Shown in pieces: positions 18,362 through 28,510 of a DNA stretch of 64,000 nucleotides. A model generated the notes under the pieces. It worked only from the letters and a program-made list of their open reading frames with translations. It was not told the DNA's origin and ran no database searches. Position 1 is the stretch's first letter; every line of letters starts with the position of its first letter. The DNA comes from Myxococcota bacterium (GTDB taxonomy: Bacteria > Myxococcota_A > UBA9160 > JAFDDA01): NCBI GenBank assembly GCA_965228475.1, contig OZ245817.1:4480001-4544000 (forward strand), in the 5' to 3' direction. Made by a program: the position numbers and the translations under genes.

Positions 18362-19399
18362 CTAGAGCAAAGCGAGCTGCTCGCCGCCGGGCCGGCGGAA
18401 CGCAGCCGTCGAGAGCTCCGCGCCGCGCCGCGCCAGGCCGTGCCGCCGCAGGGAGAGCGCGAAGAGCGCCTCGGTGTGGTCCGCTTCGAGCCCCGTCCCG
18501 CGCTGCCGCACGGCGAAGCGCGAATCGTAGAGCTCGCCGCCGCGCATGGCGCGCACCTTGGAGATCACCTTGGCCTTGCGCTCGGGAAAGTGACGCTCGA
18601 GCCACTCCTCGAACAGCGGCGCGATGCCGTGGGGCAGCCGGAGCATGACCTTGCTCGCCGCGCTCGCCCCGGCCGAGGCCACCGCGGCGACGATGGCCGG
18701 GATCTCGTGGTCGTTGAGCGCCGGGATGACGGGCGCGACCATGGCCATCACCGGAACGCCGGCGGACGCGAGCATTTCGATGGCCTCGAGCCGCCGCGCG
18801 GGCGGCGAGGCGCCCGGTTCGAGGATGCGCTGCAGGCCCGGGTCGAGACTCGTCACGGAAACCGCAACGGAAGCGGCACCGTGGCTCGCGAGCTCCGCAA
18901 GCAGATCGACGTCGCGCGTCACCAGCCAGCTCTTGGTGACGACGGTCGTCGGGTTTCGGAACTCGGCCAGGACTTCGAGGCAGCCGCGCGTGATCCGGAG
19001 CTTCCGTTCCGCAGGCTGGTAGCCATCCGTGACCCCCGAGAGCGCCACCACGCGCGGCTCCCAGCGCGGGCTCGCGAGCGCCTTGCGCAGGAGCGCCGGC
19101 GCCTCCGGCTTGAACAGGATCTTCGTCTCGAAATCGACGCCCGCCGAGTAGCCGAGGTACTCGTGGAAGGGCCGCGCATAGCAGTACGTGCACGCGTGCG
19201 TGCAGCCCCGGTAGGGATTCACGCTCGCGTCGAAGCCGATGTCCGGGCTGTCGTTCGTCGCCACGATCGAGCGGGTCGGATCCCGCAGGAGGGTCACGCC
19301 CGGAAGCTCGTCGTCGCTCGGGACGTACTCCGCGTCGAGCTCGACGGCGCGGGTCTCGAAGCGGTTCTTCGGCTGGGTCCAGGTTCCGCGGGGACGCAT
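18362..19399 (-). CDS. PA0069-family radical SAM protein (SplB/photolyase-like DNA repair family)
   Basis: SVNPYRGCTHACTYCYARP (CxxxCxxC), TDGYQPAE, APVIPALND; C-terminal QLALL. Confidence 0.9.
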   Translation of the reverse strand: MRPRGTWTQPKNRFETRAVELDAEYVPSDDELPGVTLLRDPTRSIVATNDSPDIGFDASVNPYRGCTHACTYCYARPFHEYLGYSAGVDFETKILFKPEAPALLRKALASPRWEPRVVALSGVTDGYQPAERKLRITRGCLEVLAEFRNPTTVVTKSWLVTRDVDLLAELASHGAASVAVSVTSLDPGLQRILEPGASPPARRLEAIEMLASAGVPVMAMVAPVIPALNDHEIPAIVAAVASAGASAASKVMLRLPHGIAPLFEEWLERHFPERKAKVISKVRAMRGGELYDSRFAVRQRGTGLEADHTEALFALSLRRHGLARRGAELSTAAFRRPGGEQLALL

Positions 19400-19504
19400 G
19401 GGCGAAACTAAACCGAAAACTGACCCTCACGGCAAGGCGGCACCAAAAGGCTCTCGCGGCGGGCACTTGACCCGCCGCGGGGAGCCCCCTTTCCTTCGCC
19501 GGGC

Positions 19505-21246
19505 ATGCCGCTCGAACCCTTCGACTCGCTCCGGGACCGGCTCCGCCGAATCGACGGACGGAGCTACTCGGCCTACCGCGAGCTGCGGGGCGGCTTCGAG
19601 AGCGGCGGGCTCGAGCTCCACGTGGATGCCGTCCAGGGCGACCCCTTCGCGGCGCCCTCGCGGGTCCGCGTCCGAATCGACCAGCGCGAAGCCGGGCTGC
19701 CGCCGAGTGGTTCGGGTCGCGGGTGCGCCGCATCGCGCTCGAGGACCTCCTGGCCCGGCGCGCGCGCCGCGCCATCCGGCGCGAGGTCGCCGGCAGCCGG
19801 GGCAGCGGCCGAAGCGGCGAGGTCGGCTGCGACGCGGGCGGCCAGCAGATTCTCGAGCGGAGCGCCGCGCGGGTGGACGAACGCTTCGCGGAGCTGCGCC
19901 TGCGCGTCGGGCTCCCGGCGGCGGGGCGGCGCGTGCGCGGGCGCGACGCCGAGGCGCTCCTGTGCGAAGAACTCGTCCGCGTGGCCGAGCGCGCCCTGAT
20001 CTTCGACGACTCCCCCGAAGGCTGGGCGGAAGAGGCGCGGGACTTCATCGCGTGCGCCGAGAACCACGCGCACCTGCAAAGCGAGCTCGCGGCCCGCGGG
20101 CTCGTCGCCTTCGTGGCGGACGGCGCCGTCCTGCCGCGCCGAAGCGGCGTCGACGACCGGCCGCTCGAGGGGAGCGATGCCGTGCCCTTCGTCTCCCCGG
20201 AGTCGCTTCGGGTCACCCTGCCCGTTCCCCATGCCGTCGACGGCGCGCGGGAGGTCACCGGGATGGGCATCGCGAAGGGCGTGACCCTGGTCGTCGGCGG
20301 CGGCTATCACGGGAAGTCGACTCTGCTCGCCGCGCTCGAGCGCGGGGTCTACCCGCACGTCCCGGGCGACGGGCGGGAACGCGTCGTCGCCGACGCGGGC
20401 CTCGTGAAGATCCGCGCCGAGGACGGCCGCTCCGTCGCGGGGGTCGACATCCGGGGCTTCATCGGAACCCTGCCGGGCGGGCGGGCGACCGGGCGCTTCT
20501 CGAGCGAAGACGCCAGCGGCAGCACGAGCCAGGCCGCGAGCCTGGTCGAAGCGCTCGAGGCCGGCGCGACGGGGCTCCTGCTCGACGAGGACACCTGCGC
20601 CACCAACTTCATGGTGCGCGACGAGCGCATGCGCGCCCTCGTACCGGACGACGAAGAGCCCATCACGCCCTTCCGCGAGCTCATCCGCGAGCTGCACGCG
20701 AGCCGGGGCGTCTCGACGGTGCTCGTGATCGGCGGCGTCGGCGACTATTTCTCCGTCGCCGACACCGTGGTGCGAATGGCGGACTACGGCGCCGCGGACG
20801 TGACGGACGAGGCCCGACGGATCGCACGGGGAAACGCGCCGGCAACCGGGCGCGAACCTCTACCGGAGCCGCCGAGCCGCACCCCGGCGCCCGAGAGCAT
20901 CGACGCTTCCCGCGGCCGGCGCGCGGTGAAGGTCGCCGCGCGCACGAAGCGTCTGCTCTCCTTCGGGCGGGAGGAGATCGACCTCCACGCCCTCGAGCAG
21001 CTCGTCGATGCGAGCCAGACCCGGGCGATCGGTCACGCGCTCCACCGGCTCGCCACGCGCCACCTCGGCGACGGGCGGACCCTCGCAGAGGCGCTCGACG
21101 CCCTCGACGCCGAGCTCGACGAAGCGGGCGTGGACCGCCTCGGCTCCGAGCGCGGCGAACACCCCGGCGAACTCGCACGGCCGAGGCGGATGGAGATCGC
21201 CGCCGCCCTGAACCGGCTGCGGACCCTTCGCCTACGCGACGGGTGA
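19505..21246 (+). pseudogene. ABC-ATPase-class P-loop protein split by a one-base frameshift near 19700-19704 (pseudogene or sequencing error)
   Basis: N-terminal part (IDGRSYSAYREL, VQGDPFAAPS) in the 19505 frame; remainder (GGGYHGKST, KIRAEDGR, DASGSTSQA, DEDTCATNFMVRD) in the 19723 frame. Confidence 0.8.
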
Positions 21247-21265
21247 GCCCGCCCCGCTTTGCGAC

Positions 21266-21931
21266 TCAGGCGTAGCGGAAGGTCGCGACCTGGCACTTGT
21301 CGCAGTGGAAAGCGTGGAGACGCGGGCGGCCGCGCCAGCTCGTCGTGCCCGGGAGGCCGCCGAGGGCGTTCGGCAAGCCCACGGGTTCCCCGGCCGACCG
21401 CCAGTGAACCCCGGCCATCGGGACGAGGAAGCCCTCCGCCATCGGCGCCTCGCAGCTCGGGCAGACGACGCCGGTGAGCGGCGGGTCGAAGCGCGACGTC
21501 GGCGGCAGGACTTCGCCGAAGGAGCGCTGCACGCGCAGGGCGACGAGGACGATGAGCAGCACGAGCGCGGCGAGGGCGGCGGTCACGGCGTAGAGCAGCG
21601 CCTGGGAGTTCTCGAGGGTCGCTTCGAGGGTGCAATCGACACGGCCGTCGACGAAGATCACCCGGGTCGCCGTGCCGAGCTCGACGGCCTCGTGGTGGGC
21701 GTGGTTCGTCTCCGTCGTGCAAGTCTCACCGGCCCGCGGCCCCGAAGCGATCTCGACCCGCAGGTACGGAGCGCTCTCCTTGCCGACGATCGTCGCCTCG
21801 GCGCGCTCGCCGTGGTGGTACGCCTGGTAGCAGCGCCACGCGGTCGTCATCGGCCCGGCCATCGCCACGGCGATGACGCCGAGCACGAGTCCCGCGACGC
21901 CCCAGATCCGAACGGCCACCGGTCGCTTCAT
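21266..21931 (-). CDS. Hypothetical membrane protein with C-terminal zinc-ribbon-like domain
   Basis: Two TM segments; CPSC...MAEG and HCDKC Cys pairs. Confidence 0.7.
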   Translation of the reverse strand: MKRPVAVRIWGVAGLVLGVIAVAMAGPMTTAWRCYQAYHHGERAEATIVGKESAPYLRVEIASGPRAGETCTTETNHAHHEAVELGTATRVIFVDGRVDCTLEATLENSQALLYAVTAALAALVLLIVLVALRVQRSFGEVLPPTSRFDPPLTGVVCPSCEAPMAEGFLVPMAGVHWRSAGEPVGLPNALGGLPGTTSWRGRPRLHAFHCDKCQVATFRYA

Positions 21932-21940
21932 CCCCTCGTC

Positions 21941-21966
21941 ATCGGAACTGCCGCGTCGGCGCTTGA
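21941..21966 (-). promoter_or_regulatory. sigma28-like promoter
   Basis: TCAAG-N16-CCGAT, 9 nt before ATG 21931. Confidence 0.6.
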
Positions 21967-22017
21967 CCGGCGGCCCGCGCTCGCGCCGCCGGACGCCGCT
22001 CAGTACGCTCCCTCCCG

Positions 22018-22428
22018 ATGGAATCGCCTCAGATCCCCTCGGAACGCACCATCCGCGGCTTCGCTGCGCTCGACCTGCTCGTGACGGCGCCGCTCGCCGT
22101 GCCGGGCGTGGCCGGCGGCCTGCTCGCGCTGCTCTACCGCCTCGACGCCGCGCTCGGTGGCGCGGCGGGAGCGGTTCCCGCGCTCCCGAGCCTCGGCTGG
22201 CTGTTCGTGCACCTCGCCGGGATCCTCGGCGTGGTCTGGGCCGTCGCCCGTCTCCGCATGCCCGACCCGCGGCTCGCGCGGATCGACGGAGTGGGCCGCA
22301 CCGCGGTGGCCGGACTGCTCTCCCTGGGAATCCTCGGCGGCGACGTTCCGGCCGTCTTCTGGGCCTTCGTCGCGACCGAGCTGGCGGGCGCCGTCGCCCA
22401 GCTCCTGCCGCGCGGTCGCGCCTCGTAG
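22018..22428 (+). CDS. Hypothetical 4-TM membrane protein
   Basis: Hydrophobic ORF with typical codon usage; TACGCT 8 nt before ATG. Confidence 0.7.
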   Translation: MESPQIPSERTIRGFAALDLLVTAPLAVPGVAGGLLALLYRLDAALGGAAGAVPALPSLGWLFVHLAGILGVVWAVARLRMPDPRLARIDGVGRTAVAGLLSLGILGGDVPAVFWAFVATELAGAVAQLLPRGRAS

Positions 22429-22574
22429 GTAGGGAGTGCGGGTTCCGGTTCGCCCGGTGGAGGGCAAAGGGCTTCCGTCCGCGCGGAACACGGGTTCCAC
22501 CCGGCGGCCCGGCCGGTGAGCCGGCGGCGGCTCAACTCGTGGATTTGTAACGCGTTTCAATTTTGGGGCGCGTA

Positions 22575-22589
22575 CGGTACGGAACTTGC
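22575..22589 (+). promoter_or_regulatory. sigma54 (-24/-12)-type promoter
   Basis: CGGTACG-GAAC-TTGC with GG (22576-77) and GC (22588-89) 10 nt apart, preceded by an AT-rich tract. Confidence 0.6.
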
Positions 22590-22649
22590 GTACGTTTCGG
22601 CGGCCGGTGCCGCTTGCCGCGTGCGCCGGACCTGGGGGAAGGCTTCGAA

Positions 22650-25229
22650 ATGACTACGAAAATGGAATCGCCGTTCGCATCCGCTCCGCTCCGGAATGCG
22701 GGCCTGTTCGCGCTGCTGCTCGTCGCCCTCGTCGCGGGCGGTTCCCCCAGCTGCAAGCCGCCGCCGCAGCTGCTGATCGACTCGCCGACCCACGGCGAGT
22801 TCCTGCTCGGGACGAGCATCTCGGTCTCGGGCCGCGCGATCGGCCTCGGCACTCCGGTGAGCTTCACCGTGAACGGCGTGGCCGTTCCGGCCTTCGCCGG
22901 GGAGAACTGGAGCGTCTCCATCCCCGCGAACCCGGCCGACGTGTTCATCCCGATCGAGGCCGTCTTCGTCGTGCAGGGCGGCGCGGTGAAGACCGAGCGC
23001 CTGACCGTCGTGCTCGCCGACGGCGTGAACTCGAACTTCGTCCTCGACGGCACCGCCTCCGCCCAGGCCGCGGGCCTGCGCATCGGCGACACGGGCCTCG
23101 GCCAGATCGCGCCGATCGTCGAGAGCCTCTCGGGTGACGCGATCGACATCAGCTCGCTCATCCTCGGCCAGAACCCGATCGCCCAGGGCAGCTTCAGCGG
23201 CATCAGCTACACGGCCAACGCCGTCGACGCGGCCATCGGCGGCTTCGGGCTCGTCGCCGACGCCACGCCCTCGGGCATCGCCGCCGACGTCACCGTCAAC
23301 GACCTGTTCGTCGAGATCGACCTCGAACTCGGCATCCTCGGCTCGTGCACGCTCGAGATCTCGACCACCAACGCGGTGATCTCCGGCACCTACGACCTCG
23401 CGCCCCTCGCCTCGGACCCGTCCTTCGCGGACGTGAACCTGGTCTCGGCGATCGGCGTATCGCTCGGTGGATTCAACTCGCAGTTCGTCTCGGGCGCCTG
23501 CAACGACCCGCTGATCGGCGACATCGTGAACCTGATCATGGGCCAGAACGAGATCCAGGATCTCGTCGAGGACGGCTTCGAGAGCAGCCTCGGGGACCCG
23601 GACGGCGGCGGGCCGCTCGACTCGCCCCTGGCCGCCGCCATCGAACAGGCGCTGGCGGGCATCTCGATCGCCGGCCCCGTGGGCGACGCCCTCGTGGCCG
23701 ACGTCGACGCGCCGATCTCGAGCATCAGCGAAGACGCGGACGGCCTGACGATCGTCGCGGACATGGCGATCACCGCGACGGCTCCGGCGCCGGGCGCGCC
23801 GGACCTCCCGGCCTCCTACGAGATCGCCGAGACCTTCCCGACCTTCGGCAGCACGACGCCCGTCGGCGGCCTGCCCTACGGCATGGCCTTCGCGCTCTCG
23901 AGCTCGGGGCTGAACCAGCTGCTGAAGGCGCAGATCGAGAACGGCCTCCTGCAGGAATCCCTGACGGAGTTCTTCGGGCAGCCGATCACGGCGGGCCTCC
24001 TGACCCTGCTCTTCCTCCCCGAACTCTCCATCGTCGCGCCCGGCGAGGCGATCACGATCGAGATCCGGCCGACGCTCGCGCCGGTCTTCACCGGCGCCCC
24101 CGGCCCGGCCGGCGAGCTGGCGGAGCTGAAGATCGCGGGCCTCTCCGTCGCACTCGTCCTGGCGAGCCAACAGGAAGACCTGCTCGTGATGGACGTCGCC
24201 ATGGACGCCGGCGTCGACCTCGCGTTCACCGCGGCGGGCCTCGGCTTCAACCTGGCGACGCCGAGCGCCGCGGGCATCACGATCACGATCATCGACAACC
24301 CCTTCGGCATGAACGAGAACGATCTCGTCACGACCTTCCAGAGCATCTTCCCGCTGTTCGCTCCGGAGCTCACCAGCGCGATCGACTCCTTCCCGATCCC
24401 GTCGCTCCTCGGGCTCGACCTCTCGCCCGTCGAGGTCGCGCGCATGCCGGGCGGCTACCTCGGGCTCTTCGCGGACCTCGTCGAGCAGCCGACGACGAAG
24501 ATCCAGAACGTGGTGTTCACGGACCAGTCCTCGGGCGACTTCAACCAGCAGGGCGGCTGCTGGCTGCGCGAGTGGCGGCACCGCCTGGCGGGCCAGAGCA
24601 GCGCAACGACCGTGAACGCCAACATGAAGGGCATGCTCGGCGCCGACGCCGGCTGCACGACCAACGACGCCGAATCCATCGCCACCGTCGACTACCGGGT
24701 GAACTTCGACGTGGAGGCGGTGGCCGGCGAGCAGTGGACGCTCACGATCGACCACTCGATCCTCGGCGCCTTCAACCGCATCTCGGACGGCTACACCGAC
24801 GGCATCGGCTTCCAGGACGGCGGCGGCGCCGCCTGGTTCCAGACGCCGGTGCAGGCGACCTACTCGATCGACGGCGGGACCCCGGTGCCCTTCGACTTCT
24901 CGGCGTCGCCGAGCGGGCTGGCCTACGACGGGATCGGCGGCTGCTCCTGCAGCGAAGACGTCGAGTTCTCGGGCAGCGCCCAGGCCATCGTCCAGGGGAC
25001 GACGAACGCGGCCGTCGAGCTCCACTTCGTGTTCTCGATGGAGTCGGAGTCGGATTCGAACACGGCCTTCCCGACGGCCAACGGCGACGAGCTCGCCATC
25101 CGCCTCGGGAAGAACGACACGATCGACAACAACTTCACCACGGGTTCCTACCCGGGTGCGGGCAACCGCAACATCGCCGACGACGGCCACTTCGTCGACG
25201 TCCTGCTGACCACCGCCCCGACGCCGTAG
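22650..25229 (+). CDS. Large secreted/lipoprotein: Ig-like N-terminus, probable BPI/LBP (TULIP)-like core, Cys-containing C-terminal domain
   Basis: Signal peptide ending ..GSPSC; acidic, beta-rich; AAGLRIGDTGLGQI and MAFALSSSGLNQLL resemble the starts of the two BPI domains. Confidence 0.7.
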   Translation: MTTKMESPFASAPLRNAGLFALLLVALVAGGSPSCKPPPQLLIDSPTHGEFLLGTSISVSGRAIGLGTPVSFTVNGVAVPAFAGENWSVSIPANPADVFIPIEAVFVVQGGAVKTERLTVVLADGVNSNFVLDGTASAQAAGLRIGDTGLGQIAPIVESLSGDAIDISSLILGQNPIAQGSFSGISYTANAVDAAIGGFGLVADATPSGIAADVTVNDLFVEIDLELGILGSCTLEISTTNAVISGTYDLAPLASDPSFADVNLVSAIGVSLGGFNSQFVSGACNDPLIGDIVNLIMGQNEIQDLVEDGFESSLGDPDGGGPLDSPLAAAIEQALAGISIAGPVGDALVADVDAPISSISEDADGLTIVADMAITATAPAPGAPDLPASYEIAETFPTFGSTTPVGGLPYGMAFALSSSGLNQLLKAQIENGLLQESLTEFFGQPITAGLLTLLFLPELSIVAPGEAITIEIRPTLAPVFTGAPGPAGELAELKIAGLSVALVLASQQEDLLVMDVAMDAGVDLAFTAAGLGFNLATPSAAGITITIIDNPFGMNENDLVTTFQSIFPLFAPELTSAIDSFPIPSLLGLDLSPVEVARMPGGYLGLFADLVEQPTTKIQNVVFTDQSSGDFNQQGGCWLREWRHRLAGQSSATTVNANMKGMLGADAGCTTNDAESIATVDYRVNFDVEAVAGEQWTLTIDHSILGAFNRISDGYTDGIGFQDGGGAAWFQTPVQATYSIDGGTPVPFDFSASPSGLAYDGIGGCSCSEDVEFSGSAQAIVQGTTNAAVELHFVFSMESESDSNTAFPTANGDELAIRLGKNDTIDNNFTTGSYPGAGNRNIADDGHFVDVLLTTAPTP

Positions 25230-25239
25230 CGCGTCGGGG

Positions 25240-26760
25240 CTAGGCGCCCCCGTCGAGCCCCGCGCGGTACGCGGCGAGGTCCCGTTTCACGACGGGCGCG
25301 AGCACGTAGAGCGCGAGCACGTTCGCGAGCGCCATGGCGAAGACCAGGGCGTCCGAGAAGTCGAGCACGGCTTCGAGCTGCGCCGTGCAGCCCACGACGA
25401 CCGACGCGCAGAAGATGAGGTTGTAGACGAGCCGCGCGCCGCGCGTGCGCCCGAAGAGATAGAGCCAGCCCGCCAGGCCGTAGTAGGACCAGGAGATCAT
25501 CGTCGAGAACGCGAAGAGCGCGACCACGACGGCGAGAGGCTTCGGGAACCAGGGCACGACGCTCGCCAGGGCCGCCGACGTCAGTTCGACGCCCGAGGCG
25601 TCCCCCGGCGGCGTGGACGGGTCGTAGACCGTCACCGTGATCACCAGCGCCGTCAGGCTGCACAGGATGACCGTGTCGATGAACGGCTCGAGCAGCGCCA
25701 CGTAGCCCTCGGTGATCGGCTGGTCCGTGCGCACGGCCGAGTGGGCGATGGCCGCGGAGCCGATGCCGGCCTCGTTCGAGAACGCCGCCCGCCGGAACCC
25801 CAGGATCAGCACCGCGAGTGCGCCGCCCTGCACGCCCTCCGGCGCGAAGGCCCCGCGCACGATCGCCTCGAAGGCCCACGGGAGCTTCTCCGCGTTGGCC
25901 CCGATCGCGACGAGCGCCATCGCGACGTAGAGGAGCGCCATCACCGGGGCGAGCTTGCTCGTCACGCGGGCGATGCTGCGGATCCCGCCGACGATCACGA
26001 GCGCGACGAGCGCTGCCAGGCCGAGCCCGAAGAGCCAGCCGCGCCCGGCGAAGGGGCTCGCCCCGCCGCCCGTGACGCCGACGGTCTGCACGAAGGCCTG
26101 GTTCGCCTGGAACATGCTGCCGATCCCGAGGCAGCCGAGCAGGATGCACGCCGCGTAGTAGAGCGCGAGGCCCCGGCCGAGACGCGGCCAGCGCCGCTCC
26201 GCGAAGCCCTTCTCGAGGTAGTACATCGGGCCGCCGGCGACGGTGCCGTCGGGGTCGGTCTCGCGGTAGCGCACCGCGAGAGCGCACTCGACGAACTTGC
26301 TCGACATGCCGAGGAAGCCGGCCACGACGAGCCAGAAGATCGCACCGGGGCCTCCGACGGAGATGGCGATCGCCACGTGGGAGATGTTCCCGACGCCGAC
26401 GGTGCCGGAGATCGCCGTGGCCAAGGCCTGGTAGTGCGAGACCTCGCCCTCGGCGTCCTTGCGTTTCCCTCCGCTCGTGACGAGCCGGAGGGCGTGGGGG
26501 AGCCCCCGGACGTTGATGAAGCCGAGGTAGAAGGTGAAGAAGACCGCGCCCGCGACGAGCCAGAGCACGATCAGGGGCAGCTCCGTTCCGCCGACGGAGA
26601 CCGAGAAGAAGACCACCTCCGAGAGCGCCCTCGCAAGCGGGGCGAAGGCCGCATCGATCGAGGCGTCGATCCCGTCGGCAGCCTGGGCGATCCCGTCGGC
26701 GGCCCGGGCGGGGCGGGCGGCGGCCAGGGCGAAGCCGACGGCGATGAGGCGAGACGTCAC
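25240..26760 (-). CDS. Alanine/glycine:cation symporter (AGCS family)
   Basis: ALATAISGTVGVGNI, GGPGAIFW, GGPMYY, FSNEAGIGSA, EPFIDT, FAFSTMISWSYYG. Confidence 0.92.
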   Translation of the reverse strand: MTSRLIAVGFALAAARPARAADGIAQAADGIDASIDAAFAPLARALSEVVFFSVSVGGTELPLIVLWLVAGAVFFTFYLGFINVRGLPHALRLVTSGGKRKDAEGEVSHYQALATAISGTVGVGNISHVAIAISVGGPGAIFWLVVAGFLGMSSKFVECALAVRYRETDPDGTVAGGPMYYLEKGFAERRWPRLGRGLALYYAACILLGCLGIGSMFQANQAFVQTVGVTGGGASPFAGRGWLFGLGLAALVALVIVGGIRSIARVTSKLAPVMALLYVAMALVAIGANAEKLPWAFEAIVRGAFAPEGVQGGALAVLILGFRRAAFSNEAGIGSAAIAHSAVRTDQPITEGYVALLEPFIDTVILCSLTALVITVTVYDPSTPPGDASGVELTSAALASVVPWFPKPLAVVVALFAFSTMISWSYYGLAGWLYLFGRTRGARLVYNLIFCASVVVGCTAQLEAVLDFSDALVFAMALANVLALYVLAPVVKRDLAAYRAGLDGGA

Positions 26761-26819
26761 GAGCCCTCCTGTGGGCCCGGCGGGACCCTCCTTCGGACGG
26801 TGATGCTAGCCTGCCGGCC

Positions 26820-27671
26820 ATGAGCGAAGCACTCACCGTCACGCCGCTTTCCGGCGTCCTCGGCGCCGAGATCCACGGCGTCGACCTCGCCTCCGGCGCG
26901 ACGCCGGAGGCCGTCGCGAAGATCCGCGCCACGCTGCTCGACGAGGGGGTGGTGGTGATCCGCGGTCAGAAGCTCGATCGCGCCCAGCAGCTCGCCTTCG
27001 CGCGGCAGCTCGGAACCCCGGACGAGCACCCGATCGCGAACTCCATGGAGGAGCACCCGGAGGTCATCCGCGTGGCGAGCCCCAAGGGCGAAGGCGCCTT
27101 CTTCGGCACCTCCTGGCACACGGACAACAGCTTCTTCGAGATGCCGAGCGCGATCACCGTGCTCTACGGCGAGACGATCCCGCCAGCGCGCGGCGACACG
27201 GTCTTCGCCTCGATGGAGCGCGCCTGGGAGACCCTCTCCGCGCCCATGCGGGAGCTCCTCGCTCCGCTCTCAGCGGTCCACTCCGCGGCGCGCGCCTACG
27301 ACCCCCGCACCACGGGCAACGAGAAGTACGAGGGCAAGACCGCCATCTCCTACACGATGTCCGATCGCGTCTACGAGGAGAACGTGCATCCGGTCGTGCG
27401 CACGCACCCCGAGACGGGCCGGAAGAGCCTCTACGTGAACCCGATGTTCACCGAGCGCATCCTCGGCCTGAATCCCAACGAGAGCGATGCGCTGCTCGAG
27501 ATGCTGCACGCCCACTCGACGCGCCCGGACTTCACCTGCCGCGTCTCCTGGGAGCCGGGGCAGCTCACGGTCTGGGACAACCGCTTCGTCCAGCACTACG
27601 CGATCGACGACTACGCGGACTACGAACGCGTCATGTACCGCGTGACGCTCGAGGGCACGCGGCCCGTCTGA
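26820..27671 (+). CDS. TauD/TfdA family 2-oxoglutarate-dependent dioxygenase
   Basis: WHTD (HxD), HPVVRTHPETGRKSLYVN, WDNRFVQH. Confidence 0.92.
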   Translation: MSEALTVTPLSGVLGAEIHGVDLASGATPEAVAKIRATLLDEGVVVIRGQKLDRAQQLAFARQLGTPDEHPIANSMEEHPEVIRVASPKGEGAFFGTSWHTDNSFFEMPSAITVLYGETIPPARGDTVFASMERAWETLSAPMRELLAPLSAVHSAARAYDPRTTGNEKYEGKTAISYTMSDRVYEENVHPVVRTHPETGRKSLYVNPMFTERILGLNPNESDALLEMLHAHSTRPDFTCRVSWEPGQLTVWDNRFVQHYAIDDYADYERVMYRVTLEGTRPV

Positions 27672-28507
27672 TGCCGCCGCGCCTGCTCGTGCTCGATGCC
27701 TATGCGCCCGAGGGCCGCGCGGCGGTGCGCGGGGCGGGCGGAACCGAAGCCGGCGCACTCTACCGGCGCATGCTCGAAGGCCTCGCCCCCGGCGCGCGCG
27801 TCGACGTCGCATACCCGGCAGATCCGAGCCCGGAGCTCCCGAGCGCCGCGGAACTCTCCGCCTACGACGGCGTCGTCTGGACGGGATCGAGCCTCACCAT
27901 CCACGAATCGGACGACCCGCGCGTGTCGGCGCAGGTCGGCTTCGCCCGGCGCGTCTTCGACGTGGGCGTGCCCTCCTTCGGAAGCTGCTGGGCGGCACAG
28001 CTCGCGGTCGTCGCCGCCGGGGGACGCTGCGCGGCGAGCCCGCGCGGCCGCGAGTTCGGCATCTCCCGGCAGATCGCGCTCGAAGCCTCGGGCCGGGAGC
28101 ACCCGCTCTACGCCGGGAAGCCGGCGACCTTCGATGCCTTCACGAGCCACGCCGACGAGATCGCGGAGCTTCCGTCCGGCGCCACACGCCTGGCCGGGAA
28201 CGCCTGGAGCCACGTGCAGGCCGTCGACGTGCGCCACGGCGCGGGGCGGTTCTGGGCCGTGCAGTACCACCCGGAGTACGACCTCCACGAGGTCGCGTGC
28301 CTGTGCCGCTTGAGGCGCGACGAACTCGTCGCCCAGGGCACCTTCGCGAGCGCCGAAGAGGCGGACCGCTGGATCGAAGCGGCCGAGGCGCTGCACGCGG
28401 ACCCGTCGCAGCGCCCGCCGGGCCTCGAACTCGATGCCTCGCTCGCCGAAGCGGGGAGGACGATCGAGGTCCGCAACTGGCTCGACTCCCTCGGATCCGA
28501 CGCCTAG
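27671..28507 (+). CDS. Type 1 glutamine amidotransferase (GMP-synthase-like)
   Basis: GSCWAAQ nucleophile Cys; VQYHPE; start overlaps the dioxygenase stop. Confidence 0.85.
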   Translation: MPPRLLVLDAYAPEGRAAVRGAGGTEAGALYRRMLEGLAPGARVDVAYPADPSPELPSAAELSAYDGVVWTGSSLTIHESDDPRVSAQVGFARRVFDVGVPSFGSCWAAQLAVVAAGGRCAASPRGREFGISRQIALEASGREHPLYAGKPATFDAFTSHADEIAELPSGATRLAGNAWSHVQAVDVRHGAGRFWAVQYHPEYDLHEVACLCRLRRDELVAQGTFASAEEADRWIEAAEALHADPSQRPPGLELDASLAEAGRTIEVRNWLDSLGSDA

Positions 28508-28510
28508 CCG

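Noticed and set aside
22430..22535. Possible c-di-GMP-I riboswitch (AGGGCAAAG) upstream of the large secreted protein
   Set aside because: Lacks the GAAA tetraloop and GACGCAAAG elements; a covariance-model search would be needed
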